Source of the DNA: Antedon mediterranea | Lineage: Eukaryota > Animalia > Echinodermata | Reading direction: 5' to 3' | Assembly: GCF_964355755.1 (NCBI RefSeq) | Contig: NC_092679.1 | Span: forward strand, 7,036,201-7,100,200 | Length of the DNA: 64,000 nucleotides | Shown here: in pieces, positions 11,129 to 25,223 of the stretch | Layout: each line of letters starts with the position of its first letter | Position numbering within the stretch: the stretch's first letter is position 1 | Notes under the pieces: generated by a model | What the model was told of the DNA's origin: nothing | Databases searched by the model: none | The model's input: only the letters and a program-made list of their open reading frames with translations | Program-made: the position numbers and the translations under genes

Positions 11129-14100
11129 ATGTCTACAAACCATCGTCGATCTATAGCATCCCAGTTTTTTGCTGAAGAAGATTCAGATGCTAGCCAAGCC
11201 AACGCTAAACAGATCAGTACCGCTGACAAGGTCGGTATGATCGCGTTCTTGGCCGCATGGCCTATTGTCCTCCTCGTTAATTACACATACATAAAATAAG
11301 GGTGCCTAGGCCTACAATAATATAAACCGCACTTTTTAATAACTGGCGGTATTTGTTTATAGGATAAGTGTTAAACGATATTAAAAGCTTTTTTTATGTG
11401 TGCAATACCGGTTCTTTTCTTCTCTTTTTTGGTACTTTTAACAAGGAAAAATGTGACACAGCAGACTCGGTCACAATCAATGCATGTAGTAGTTGTAGGC
11501 CTACAGTAGTAGTACTGGCTGGGTCTATATCAAATATTAGGTCTAAAAATATGTATGAATGATTATAAATAATATTTTGTTTTCTGTATATATAAACAGT
11601 ATTTATAGATTACTCCGACTACCATCAATGTTTGCTTGCCATGTTTGTATGTTTTGTTAAGATAACATTTGAAAAAAAATCCCAAATAAATAATATTTAT
11701 TTCTATTTAGGTTGTTGAACTGATCAATGAAACTCAATTGTTACCCAAAGATTCACAAAAGATTCAAAATTTGAAGCAAGTTCAAGAATTGATTGTTAAT
11801 AAAGATCCTACCTTATTGGACAACTTTCTAGATGTAAGTACAATCATGATAATTTATCATTTTCATATGTAAGCTCTTCATTTCAACTATGAGTTGTATT
11901 TTGAGTATTTTTATACCGATTAAATAAAAAAATTAAATAAAAATAAAATAAATAATGTTAGCGCTTTAATACCATATTTTTGCCACATGAGTAAACTAAC
12001 ATTTAAAATAAATTCATGGTGAAGCAGACATCTATCAGAGGTGAAATGCAGATAGCAGAGCACATTCCCCACCCCTTTGACACCTGAAATGAAATTATAA
12101 ACTATTTGATATCTGGTTTGAGAGACTATATTAATATTGTGTCAGCAGCACTCCCCTGTTTAAAAATTCTTGGATCTGTCCTTGTCTATCCACTTTCCTT
12201 TGAGAGAACTAAATGTATTTTCTTACAGTGCTCTAAAACTTCATCATCAATAGTTCTTTTATATAATATTTTTTATTCACTGCAGGAAGTACTTCAGTTC
12301 CAAAATGACAAGTCTGCTGATGTCAGACGATTTGTTGTTGGATTTATAGAAGAGGCATGGTATGTTAAATTCTTTAATTTCTAAATTTTTGATATATGCA
12401 CCTGTTTCATGAACTCTTAGTTTTACATCAAGAATCAATAATAAACTTTGATAAAGTATTTTGATTTATCGTTAACGTTGCTGTTGTTACACATACATTA
12501 AATAGTTTTTTATGATATGAATTCAATTCATTTTTTGTTTCTACAGTAAAAAGGATAATGAACTGCTTGTTACGGTGGTAATGCACTTAAACATGATTTT
12601 GAGTGATCCTGCTCAGAATGTAGCGGTGCTTAAGAGGGTTATACTGTGCAATGCTCAACTATACCGTGTGGCTATCAAGGTAAACTGATAAAAAGATCAG
12701 GAATAATATCAGGTTTAATATCATATTTTAGCAGATTCTCTGCCAGACTTTGTTCAGTATCATTCATAGGCAAATCCTGTAATACAATGTCACATATGTA
12801 TCACATGTAATGCCTGCATCATAATTCTAAGCTTAACCTAACCATAACATAATACAGGTGCCACATGTGGTATATATAACACTGTCTTAAAGTATTTCCT
12901 ATGACACTGGGCAGTTATTTAGAGATACAGTATCATACACAAGAATCAGTTGCCTATTATTACAGTAGCAAGGATTGTATTTTTTATGTCAAACTCCTTC
13001 ATATTCATTTCATTGTTGCTTATAATTGTCAACATCTAATGTTAAGTATTTTAATTTATATTATTTTTTCAGTGGGTTTTAAAATCAAAAATTGTACGAG
13101 AGGAGAAGGAGGCAATGTGGCAGAATTTTAAAGATATGAAGTCAAAAATAAAGGCAATGATAGATTCAGAAAATGATGGGTAGGTTTGATTATTCTTTTA
13201 ATTGACCTAGAATTGACCCTTTGTAAACATTTACAGGCTGAGATCCGTACATTCTGTTAAAAGTTCCTTTTTTATATATTTTACTTCTTTTTCTTTAAAG
13301 TGTTCGTACACATGCAATAAAGTTTATGGAAATGTTAATTGTTACCTCATCACCAAAAACTGCTGATTCAGAAGTTCCCAAAAAAAAAATAGATGACATA
13401 TCACTCGATAAGGTAAAATGTTTTGTTAAAAGTATCATTTTATTTTACCATCTGTTTACTTTATCAAATTTTACCAACTTTTTTACCAATTTGTTATTTT
13501 ATTAGATTCCTGAAGACCATCCCATTTTGAAATATCGTCACATAAAAGCAGATGCTATAAATGGTATGGATTTGTTACTTAAACTTATGGCAACGCCAAG
13601 TATCACCAGGTAAGTGAACAGATTAAATTTATATTTAATATTTCAAATGATACATTTATGTAACAGTATATTGTAGATTTTTGTTTAGTGTTTTGATTTC
13701 ATTTTATGTATACATTTTAAACATCATTAAGGCCAATTTACAGAGACAAACGGTACGGTAAGCGGAAAACCGCGTAGCATGTCCCATATAGAATCTGTAT
13801 CTATCCTGAGCGGAAACCGCCCGTCAGCTCTGTTGTGTGTCATATTTAAATAATATGATTCTATATTTTTATTACCATTACTGCTCGTCCGTATAAATTA
13901 GCCTTTAAGCTATGTCTACACTATCAAACTAGTTTTACAAAAAAAAGTGTCCAATATGGTAGTGATATGACATCATCATATCCATATACGGGCACATCAC
14001 ATTTTATTGTCACATATTAAAGTTTGATAGTGTGGACAGAGCTTTAAGCATTGCAACACACTTGTTATAAGCTCATCTGTGTAAATTGGCATCATCATGT

Positions 14101-17100
14101 CTATATATGAGCACATCACATTTCTTTTGTTGAAAGTAAAATAATGTTTGATAGTGTTGACAGAGCTTTACATACTACTAATAATAATAAATTTGTTCAT
14201 ATTTTAAAATAATATTTTTGTTTTGTAGCGTGAATCTGATAGCGTGTATGGGGGTAGTGACATCAATATGCAAACAACGACCCATGTTTATGAAAGATGT
14301 CATAGAAGGTTTAGAAGCTTTACATGGTAAGACATAAGTTTGAGTAAGATTTGTTGTGCAAATGTCCAGTTATACTTTCTACATTTGAGGGAAGTCTGAT
14401 TAGGCGTCATGTCCAAATGTTTCCAAACGTACAAACCGCGTCAAACGGTCACCGTTGATAGCTTGATCGTTTAACGCGTGCAACGATCGTAAAAGAGCTA
14501 ATTAAATTATGCATTTAGTATTGTACCGCCCACCGCCCATTGTAATTGTTTAGCCGTTAGACGCGCGTTGGCGTTAAACGTCGTTTGTTTTAAAATGTCT
14601 ATGTGTCATCGCCTTTAGAAGCATGGACAATACACACAAACAATATATTGTTCGCTAATTAAAATCCTATTTAAAGGTGGAAGACGTCAATTTTTGTAGC
14701 CGCCCTACGCATCAGTTATCCTAATTTGGCCGGAAACATCAGCCAACGAGACGACATCGGGCCCGTGGACCTCAGCTCACACAGAGAGAGTTCAGGCTAG
14801 CCTAGTTTCGGCGGCCTACACTATAAATTATTTAATCCTACCTTGGGTTAGCAAATTATAAAAACAACGACACCTAGGCTAGGACACCAACAAAATATAT
14901 GCAAATTAAATATATATTCCATGTTAAGATTTACCAGTCATAGGCCTTTTAAATGATTAATATATTGTGTAAAGAAAAAGGCCCGACCAGAATTTGGAGT
15001 GGGAAAAACATGCGAGTGGATCGGAGTCTGGGAACACAGTCTAGATATAAATAGAGGAAATCCAGGTACACGATCTTAATTACTGTTTTATGGTCGTCAG
15101 CAGAGCATCCACCACCCTCTAATGGACGGCCGGCCGTACTGAGTTAAAAAAATATCATGTTAGAGGTTGAGGTTAAACATCGAGTAGTATCGCGTTTCAT
15201 GCCAAAAAACCCAGGTCTGTATTAATTACGGTCTTCTGTCGGCAATATTTTTGAGCGACTTGAACGTTTTGATACTATATTTAGAATGAATGTTTTACCA
15301 TCTTTTTTGTGGGCATCGTTTCTGGATCGACGGATGTTCGATATATACAAAGATCGCATCCACAATGGATTAACGCAATCTTTTTTTTACAGTATACAGT
15401 TATTTACTTGTACTTTTCAAATTTGCGAAAGTTTTATGTCACAAAAGTGTCTGGTTTTACAGTATTATATTATGCTAGTAAATTCTAACTTAGTTAACAA
15501 ATTAAAAAATACAGCGACGACAAAGCTCAAAAGCCTTCACAAAATAAATACAAAATCAATACATTCCTTGTTTAATAAGTATAATAATTATTATTATTAA
15601 TACAACTAGGCCCTTGTGCAACGGAAAAATAGCCAATGATTTATATATTTATTTTCAAGAATATTTTACGAGGGTGGTCCATCCAGCCGAAGTTGATCAT
15701 TAGGGACCCTCACAAAATTACAATATGAGGAGACATATATAACAATAAAAATTAAATTAAAATAAATCAAATTTATAAAGATAAACAAAATAAAATAAAG
15801 CACAAAAAATAGAATAAAGCATTAAATGAATTAAATTAATGATCAGTCATCTTTTCAACGATCTAAATAAGATTACCGACCGGCAGAATTTGAAGTAAAA
15901 AGATGTGAGCGCTGTGAACAGGAGGAAAAAGAGGATGTCGCGTGACCAACATCTTGGTACGTTTTTACCTTCTTATGTTATCGGCCTGCAATCTATGAGC
16001 GCGCGAACACCGACGGTCGGCCGAGCATTCGCTGCTGCTATTTTTAGAAGACCTTTTTTTTTATCGATCGGCTACTGTAGACGTTCGCTAATGCATTTAG
16101 AAGTGAGATGTGAATAGTTCACCGGTGGCGTGGCACATCGTGTTGCTATTGTCTCAGGTGCTTAGTTCATCGTATGAACTTCCTAATGATATTTTCATTC
16201 GGCTATGTAAAAGAAAGCGACTAAAAAACATTCCAGGCCTCTGTTTATTATTAATATTAAATTATTTATTGAGGTTACAAACTTATAAACATTTTAGAAT
16301 GATGTTTGAGATCGGCACCCCCGGAATACAATTCAGCTACAAACTCTCTTAATTAAAAGGCAAACTGAAACGAATTGTTTGGGCCTGTTTGTGATGTGAC
16401 TCATCGTTAAACGACGTTCACGAAGCGATTCACAACAACGTTAAACGATTCGTAAAAATCAGTCAAGCATGTTAGTGGGCGGAACTATTACAAGCTATGC
16501 ATATTGTCCATTTTCCAAATGGTCTGACGATTTTAGAATTTTCACGCTAACGCTAAAACAAAAGAAAACGCGATTAACGCGCTTTGTCAGTTTGGACATG
16601 ACGCCTTAGTGAATATGTGTTGGAAATCTTGATATTAAATTAACAAAATCATTTTTTTTTATATTTTAAGCAAACCTGCCACCAACGTTAGCAAAGTCAC
16701 AGGTTAGCAGTGTTCGTAAAAATCTTAAACTTCACTTAATGTCGATTCTACGCCATCCATCATCGGAGACGTTTCACGCCCGTGTTATAACGCTCTTGCA
16801 AGATCTAGGTGCAAGTGACCATGAGGTATCCTATTGTTTCTAATTGTACAATATTCTCTAAAATAAGTACTCTACTAAGACGGTTAAATCATTTAATTCT
16901 GTCTCTGAAAAAGGAGTAGTTTAGTGGGTTTCTTTGGGGTTTCTTTTGAAGAAACTGAATGTTTCAATTTCTGTTTTCTAGATTTTTAAAGCAGTACCAA
17001 GGTCAGAAAATTTAAAAAGGTCACGAGGAGACGAGAACAACCATCTAACTAATAAAAAGGCAAAGGTAATATATATAAAACAAATGAATAATATATAAAA

Positions 17101-20100
17101 CTTTGAACTAAGCTCTGTCTACACTATCAAACAAAATTTGATATGCCCATATGTGGATACGATCACTACCATATTTTAGCTTATCATTTTTTTGTCAAAC
17201 TAGTTTGATAGTGTAAACAGAGCTTTAGATTGACACTAATCAGTGGTTTATGACTTTTTGATTAAGATTTTGGATGACGATGAGGGAATGGACGAAGAAG
17301 CGACAACATCAGTGCCAGTGAAACCCCCATCATCTGTGAAAGCGATCTCAAAACAAACACCATTAGATTTATTAACAGAAGAAATTAAACCTCTTTTAGA
17401 CAGTTCCGAGAATGTTGCTAATATTGTGCTTATCAGTATGGTAAGTATTATGTATACATTTTTTTTTTGCTTTCTTAATTTATTTAATATACGTACTCAA
17501 GCATGATGTAACTATATTGTATTGATTTTGTTATTAAAACTATTACATTAAATTAGAAAGTATGAGGAAAAACAGTGAAGAAAAACACCAACAAAAAGTT
17601 ACCAGAACTCACATATACCAATATATTTTAAAATTGCATTTATATTGCTATTAAAGGTAACATTGCCAGAGTCGATGCCAGCTCATTTCCAGGCAATGTA
17701 CACGCCTATAGCAGCAGCTGGTACAGATAGTCAGGTACAGCATCTGGCAAGGATGATGGCAACGCAGTTTATTCCTGCTGGTATCAAGCCTAAAAAGGTA
17801 GAAAATAAATCTAGACTATTATTTAATATTGTGTTGATGTTTACATATGTGCCACACCATAAGCTATCTTAACTTGAGCAGATTACTAGACCTTTTAGGT
17901 CAGGTGTTTAATGTAATGAAATCTATGTATGGCCGGCCAGAGAGATATTTCTGTGGCAGCTCCAATATTGTAAACCTCTCTACCAATCTGACAATGTGTT
18001 TTATTTTATTTTTATTTTAACCATATTTAATGAAGGTGATATTGTGAACTCTTTCAATTAAAGACTTTCCTTTTTCATTTATCTAACAATTTTTCCATTT
18101 CCTGTTTTAAATCTTTGTATGTACAGCATATTAATATGTGCTATATATAAGAATTAAATATTAAGCCACTATCAAACTTTATGTGATAAAAATAATTTGA
18201 TGTTCTCATATATGGACATGATGTCATATCACTACCATTTGGGCATACCACAACCGTACTTGGGCACATCACAATTTTGTTTGATAGTGTAGATAGCTTT
18301 ATTAATAAATCCAATATATAAATATATTATGTAATTTGTTATTTCTGTATCACACTTTACAGGAAATTATTAATACCGAAGCAGATGATCTTGGAATAAT
18401 GCCTACACCACGTGGTATTCCAGTGCTCGGTGAGTACGAGGATATTTACCATATTTTAAAAAAATCTCACACAATACAGTCAACTCTCTTGGAACTACAA
18501 ATTATCAATCCACAATAAAAGAGGTTGGCCCAAAAAGATATAATGAATGACTCAAAAAAGAAACGTAGTTGGTTAGAGATCTTTATCCAACTGTATGAAG
18601 TGTATGAAAACTTGTATCATTATAAAAAGTACTTACTTATTGTGCTCATTCAGGTGGGTCAAGTGGTTCGGTTGGTGACAATTTCCGGCAACCATCGCAA
18701 TTTGCAGCACCAAAGGGAGTAAAACGTATTAAACAGTTTAAGTTGGCAGATGTTACAAAACCAATTAGTACAAGCTTAGACGATAAAATGATGACAATGG
18801 CATTACAGAGAATAATAGATTCAGGGAGTAAGTATTGAGGCACCTTGAGGCTAAGGTTAGGGCTCATGCTGTGAAGGCTCCTCTGTGTAATATGCTTTTT
18901 AAAAAATGTCATACTAAAGTATTACCAATTATTTTGAGCCAACCCGATGGTTTTGGGGGAGTTGAATTTATACATGTGTAAAGTACCAAGCATAAGTAAC
19001 CTGGATAAATATTGCTCCCTGGGTAAATAATGTACCCCTGGATAAATAATGTACCCTGGATATATAATGTACCCCTGGATATATAATGTACCCCTGAATA
19101 AATAATGTACCCCTGGATAAATAATGTACCCCTGGATGAATAATGTACCCCTGGATGAATAATGTACCCCTGGATGAATAATGTACTCCTAGATAACTAA
19201 TGTACTCCTAGATAACTAATGTACCCCTGGATATATAATGTACCCTAGGATGACTAATGTACCCCTGGATAAATAATGTACCCCTGGATGACTAATGTAC
19301 CCCTGGATGACTAATGTACCCCTGGATGACTAATGTACCCCTGGATAACTAATGTACCCCTGGATGACTAATGTACCCCTGGATGACTAATGTACCCCTG
19401 GATAACTAATGTACCCTGAATGAATAATTTACCCTGAAAAAAAATAAAGTAATAAATGGTAGACTTCATTTTGATAACTTAAAATTTCAGAAAACCTTAA
19501 GGGACCAGCATTACAAGCTAGAAACAAAATGATTGTTCTTTTAACTACACAGTTTGGTGGACCATTAATAAATGGTAAGTTAAAGACTAATTTTGAGTAT
19601 GGATTTAAGAAAAATTTATTATATCAGAATAAAGTTTTATATATTACCATGTTCCTAAAATACTCCTTATTTGGAGATTTTGTTAAAAAATTGGTTAATA
19701 AAATCAACTAACACCAATTTACTTTTCAGTTTTACAGGAGTATGTTCTATCTGATCTTCGTGCCAATATTGATCTAGCATTCTCATGGTTGTACCAAGAG
19801 TATGCTAAGTACAGAGGCTATATGCTTATCCTTGGAGACGAGTCGTCCTCACTTGAGAGATATGACGCTCTTCTCTGCCGTATATTAGCAAGTTTACTAG
19901 TACGAGATGATCAAAGAGATGGGTAAGATATAATACAATGTATCATAAGCAACTAGAGAAGAGGAGTTTAAATAATGTAATGAGTACTTCACAGCAACAG
20001 TGAATGATAATGGCATTATGTCATATGTAAATCTTCCATGTTTGTGTTTGTTTGGTCAATTGTAGGCTTTTATATGAATAATGATGTGTTATCCTCCTCT

Positions 20101-23100
20101 TTGGATATCATTATATTTTCCTTTTACCTACCATATTATTAATAATATTATAAAATAATGTTTATATTATTATAGTGTGTTTGCAAGACTTGGATTGGAG
20201 TCGCCAATTATCACACCAAACGCCTTAAAGATTATAAAGAGATTTTGTGAGCATGAGGTACGATATAAGATTTGATATTTTGGGTAGAATTAGTAGGAGG
20301 ATAATTTGTGAATTACCTACGAACTAATTATCATCCGTTTGAGCATGCTGAGACATTGAGTTATTGTTCATCACTTGATTCCTCAACTTGGTTTTTGCAG
20401 ATTCTAAGTTGAAAACAAACGACACAGTTGTCGATAATCTAAGGCTTCCTAAATACAATGATATTGTGCAGAATAATGTTGTGCACCTTATGTTAACAAG
20501 ACTTTCCACTAAACATAAAGAAATGTCATTGGTTTTATATTACATTCTGCTGTCTGTGACCTTTGACACTAATTGTGCTGTGCGCTAAGTTTAATACAAA
20601 CAATATAATTTGTTTATTACAGATTCATTTTTTCGTTGGTATGAAAACTTTACGTGACATTATATTAAATCGTCCCGCCAGCATGGAGCGCTATCTCGAT
20701 AACATGCTGGAACTGACTTGGAACGAGAAGATAGAAGTACGATCACAAGCCACACAATATGTAAAAAGGTTTTATGAAAAAGCAGACATGAGACAGCATA
20801 TAGAGGTATTGGTTTACTTGCATCGACTATCTGCAATATCAGTGCAAAGTTTTTTTTTGTTTTTTTTTATTTAGGCAAATTGGCAAGGATAACCATAAGC
20901 AAATTCATTCACTATCCTTCTTAAAGGTGGCAATCCTGTTCACAAGACAAACATACACAAGATGCTCTACATAAACAAAATCTTATAAGTGGAGTTGTAA
21001 ATCATCATTAGAACAAATCCTGACATGATAGGACTAGAACCCAGGAGCCTTCGATTGGTAGCTGAGCATCATAACCACTAAGTCACAATTCCACTTTAAA
21101 GTCAACAATAAGCTCAACAATTTAATCACTGAATAAATGTTGTAAATTCAACAATGTTTACCTCATGAATTCCAGTCTTTTTCAAACTGATATTTATAAT
21201 GTGATAAATTCGTTTCAGTCTATATTTATATAAACATATTTCGTAATATTCATTACAAAATTGTATTATTTATGTTTTTTATTTATGCAGCATTTTGCCA
21301 CGACTAGTCTACAACACTTAACAGGTACCAAGCCCCCACCCAGTATGGTCATCACGTTATCAGCACCCGAGAAACGAGTGGAGGCTAATAAAACCTGGAC
21401 TGAAGAAACTGCCAAAATATGTCTTAATTTGTACCTAGCATTGCTGCCTATAAATCATAAATTAATTCATGAGTAAGTTATATTCATTTATTGGTTCTAG
21501 ATAATTTTATTTATTTATTTCAAAACCAACAGTGACCTTAAGGTTCATATATACAAGCTTAACAAAATTGAAATTTATTTTTGCCAAGAGTGGCCTACTG
21601 TATGACTTTTTTTCTTTTAGTCTCAGAGCCTTCAAGTTTTTTTCTAAACAAATATTTATGATTGAATTGTACAATTCGTTCGTAAAGGTGAATACATTGG
21701 AACACTGTCAATGTCACATTAAGTCAATGTTTAATGACTTAAAAATATCAAACTTAATTGCAGATTGGCTACGGTATACGTAGCAGCATCAGCAGTAATC
21801 AAGCGCATTGTGCTGCGTAGTCTTGAAACGCCTGTACGCGGCATGGGAATGTCGTCACCAGAACTATTAACCCTTCTAGAGACCTCGCCCAAAGGAGCTG
21901 AGACACTCATCACTAGAATGTTACATATACTTACTGATAAAGGTAATAACATGACTTTTTTAATTTAGTTGTTAAATCACATTTAATAATACTACTGTTA
22001 ACACTGTTTACTATAAACAAACCAAATCAAGATTATGTTACAACAATTTTTGTTTATATTATTTTCAGTACCCCCATCTCAAGATCTTGTCAAGCGAGTG
22101 CGTGATTTATACCAGAAACGTGTGCCTGATGTTCGTTTCTTAATACCCGTGTTAATTGGACTTGAGAAGGTATTGTTGTTTTAAAGTAGTCAATATTTAA
22201 TCTACTTACTATTTTTCAAATCTATTTTGTTTATGTCTGCAACCTCCATCTAAACTTAATTTGTTGTTTCCAGAGTGAAGTAATGTCGGCTCTACCGAAA
22301 CTGATAAAACTGAATCCAAATGTAGTTAAAGAAGTATTTCACCGATTACTGATGAGTCATCAGGAAGGAGGGCTTGGACAAAGCCCTCTTACACCTGCTG
22401 AGCTACTTGTAGCATTACACAATGTAGACATGACAAAGTGTGATATGAAATCAGTTATTAAAGGTTTGTGTTCTCATTCTTTCTAACATAAGTTATTTTA
22501 CTGATTTACAATACATGAACATTATTTCATTTGCTCATATTTCATTTTATTCCACTTTAATAATAACTAAAAAGTGGAGGAGCCTAAATAAAAGCATAGG
22601 CTGTAGTGAATAGGCTCCTCAAAACAAAAATATACAATATACTTAGGAACTCCAAACAACAACAAACTTCATATAATAATGAAGATTTTTTTTCTTAACT
22701 AATATGTTTTCTCTATCACATATTTTTAACACAAAAAAAATTTGATAAAAGTAATATAGATTTTAAAAATTATTTAATTTGATATCCAAATATGTAAATA
22801 ATAAAAAAGTATCCATTAACTTAAATTTTATTTTTTTTTCCCCACCAGCAACAAGCCTGTGTTTCAGCCAGAAAAACATTTATACCCAAGAGGTGTTAGC
22901 GGTGGTAATGCAGCAACTAATGGAGCAGACACCAATCCCAACGCTGCTCATGAGGACTGTTATACAGTCTCTCAGCATGTACCCCAGACTCATTGGCTTT
23001 GTCATGAATATCTTACAAAGGCTTATTGTTAAACAGGTTTGGAGATATCCAAAGGTTTGGGAAGGATTCATCAAGTGCTGTGAGGTTTGTTTGTTTAACC

Positions 23101-25223
23101 AGAGACGAGTGAAACTACTTACTTAAGTACTTTCACTCTTCCCTCGTTTAACTATTTCTCCATAAAATTATGAAAATGATACAATATTATGCTTAAGTTC
23201 AGGTATATCTTCTCCTTTATCTGGTCATTATTTGATGTTTTTACTTCATTTCTTTAAATTAAGATAAAAAATAATTTTGATTTATTTCAGCGAACAAAGC
23301 CCCAATCATTCCAAGTTTTACTCCAGTTACCACCAAGTCAGCTGACAGTGATGTTTGAAACCAGTCCAGATCTGCGACTTCCATTACTGGAACATGTCAA
23401 ATCATTCACACCCCATCAGGTGATTTACATTTATACCCATTCTCTTCCTCTTTGTTTTTCTTTCGTTATTTCCTTTTCATCTCAATGGGACATAGGCCCA
23501 CTCTTCTGGTTTCCATAACAAAGATTTAACTGGTAGGGTTGTTAGTCCAACACATTGAGAAGATGTTTTATACTACCATAACAATAACCAAGTAGTGCCT
23601 TGAAGCTGTGTATGGTTGTAGTGACCTTATTGTAACCACTTGGCGACTTTTTGTCTTTGTAGGACTTTACTAAATGAATTTGTTTTTGTTACATTTCAGC
23701 AAGCACACATTCCAAAGACTATAATGACAGTGCTGGAAACAGATGCAGTAGCAGCAAAGATCAAGAGAGAACAGGAGGCAATTGAACAAAAGAGGCGAGA
23801 CAAAGAAGAGGAAGAAAGGAAGAAGAAAGTCGCTGAAGAAAAGGCAAGACAGCAACGTTTATTACAAGAAAAGATTGAAAGAGAAAGGAGGATGAAGGAA
23901 GAAGAGGCAAAAGCAAAGAAGAGGAAAGAGCAGGAGGAAAAACAACTAAATGAAATTAAAGCCAAGCTTCAGTTAGATAAAGAGAAAAAAGAAAAGGATG
24001 AAATGATTAGAAAAACAAAAGAAGCGGAGCTTAAAGCTGAAGAAGAACGTTTAAAAAAAGAAAGGGACGAGAAGAGAAAAAAGCTGGAGCTTGATAAAAA
24101 AGCAAAAGATCAGAAAGAAAAGGAAACTAAAGAGAAAGAACGGAAAGAAACAGAACCAAAAGAAAAACAACACATAAAGAAAGAGATGGAAACAAATTTG
24201 GAAATTAAAGAAAAAGAGCAGAAATCACTTAAATTAAAGGAAGTTAAAAAGGAAGACAACACAGATGAAAGAGAAGAAGAAAGAGAAGCTAAAGAAAGAA
24301 AAGAAAAGGATGCAAAAGCAAGAGAAATGAAAGAGAAAGAACAGAAGGAAAAGGAAGCAAAGTTGAAAGAACAGAAAGAAAAAGCAGCAATAGAGAAAGA
24401 ACATAAAGAAATGGAAGCTAAAGAACTGAAAGAAAAGGAAGCTAAAGAACTGAAAGAAAGGGAAGCTAAAGAACTAAAAGAAAAGGAAGCTAAAGAACTG
24501 AAAGAAAAGGAAGCAAAAGTAAAGGAAATGAAAGAGAAAGAACAAAAAGAAAAGGCAGCAAAGCTGAAAGAACAGAAAGAAAAGGCAGCCAAGGTGAAAG
24601 AAGAAGAAAAGGCAGCCAAGTTGAAAGAAGAAAAAGAAAAGGCAGCCAAGGTGAAAGAAGAAGAAAAGGCAGCCAAGTTGAAAGAAGAAGAAAAGGAAGC
24701 AAAGGTGAAAGAAGAAGAAAAGGCAGCCAAGTTGAAAGAAGAAAAGGAAACCAAACTGAAAGAACAGAAAGAAAAGGAAGCAAATGAGAATCTACTTAAA
24801 ATGAAAGAAGCCAATGCAAAAGCGCAACAAGAGGAGGGAAAAAAAAAGAAAAATGACCTTGATATTACTGAACCTGGTAAAGTGAATGTACAAAATAGCA
24901 AAGAAATAAGTACAGTTGAAACAAATGAAATCATGCCTGAGGAGAAAAGCAAAGATTTAGAAAGGAAACGAAAATTGGAAGATGATAATCAAGAAACTGC
25001 TAACCAAGAAAAGAAAACAAAGATAGAAGAGAAAATAGTAGATACACACGAAGAAGGTAATAGCTCACAGGAAAATTCTAATGAAACTTTAAATGAAGAT
25101 TGTAAAGTTGTAGTTGATAGTACAAATAGCCCGGTTGCTAAAAAACAACCAAAGAAGAAAACAGCACCTGCAGCCTCACGAAGGCAAACGCGGAGTTCGC
25201 AGAGGACGGCGAAAACAGATTGA
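11129..25223 (+). CDS. SYMPK: Symplekin (3'-end processing scaffold), multi-exon
   Basis: Starts [14 protein letters not shown]. Exons encode [116 protein letters not shown] and VWEGFIKCC. Last exon 23700-25223. Confidence 0.96.
12036..12184. mobile_element. Degenerate MITE with 5-bp TSD (hAT5-like)
   Basis: Decayed CAG(G)GGCGGATCCAG-type ends (CAGAGGTG...TGGATCTGTCCTTG) flanked by TCTAT on both sides. Confidence 0.5.
13731..14043. mobile_element. Two abutting Harbinger-like MITEs (GGCCAATTTA-type 13731-13903; family A 13908-14043)
   Basis: TIR pairs GGCCAATTTA/TAAATTAGCC and AGCTATGTCTACAC/GTGTGGACAGAGCT with TWA flanks. A further partial family A copy lies at about 14085-14167. Confidence 0.7.
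14403..16605. mobile_element. 2.2-kb non-autonomous PIF/Harbinger-like DNA transposon in SYMPK intron
   Basis: Perfect 15-bp TIR GGCGTCATGTCCAAA/TTTGGACATGACGCC with TTA target duplication on both sides. CpG-rich interior, no transposase ORF. Confidence 0.85.
17111..17224. mobile_element. MITE family A copy
   Basis: AGCTCTGTCTACACTATCAAAC...GTTTGATAGTGTAAACAGAGCT. Another decayed copy lies at about 18164-18298. Confidence 0.8.
19008..19437. repeat. 18-bp minisatellite in SYMPK intron
   Basis: Unit (A/C)TAATGTACCCCTGGAT(A/G)A, about 23 copies. Confidence 0.92.
20868..21094 (-). mobile_element. tRNA-derived SINE remnant
   Basis: On the minus strand: an A-box/B-box head (GTGACTTAGTGGTTATGATGC...GGGTTCTAGTCC), a stem-loop-like 3' part, then AATAAA and an A-rich tail. 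Confidence 0.55.

Noticed and set aside
19008-19437. CRISPR-like array
   Set aside because: A contiguous 18-bp minisatellite without spacers.
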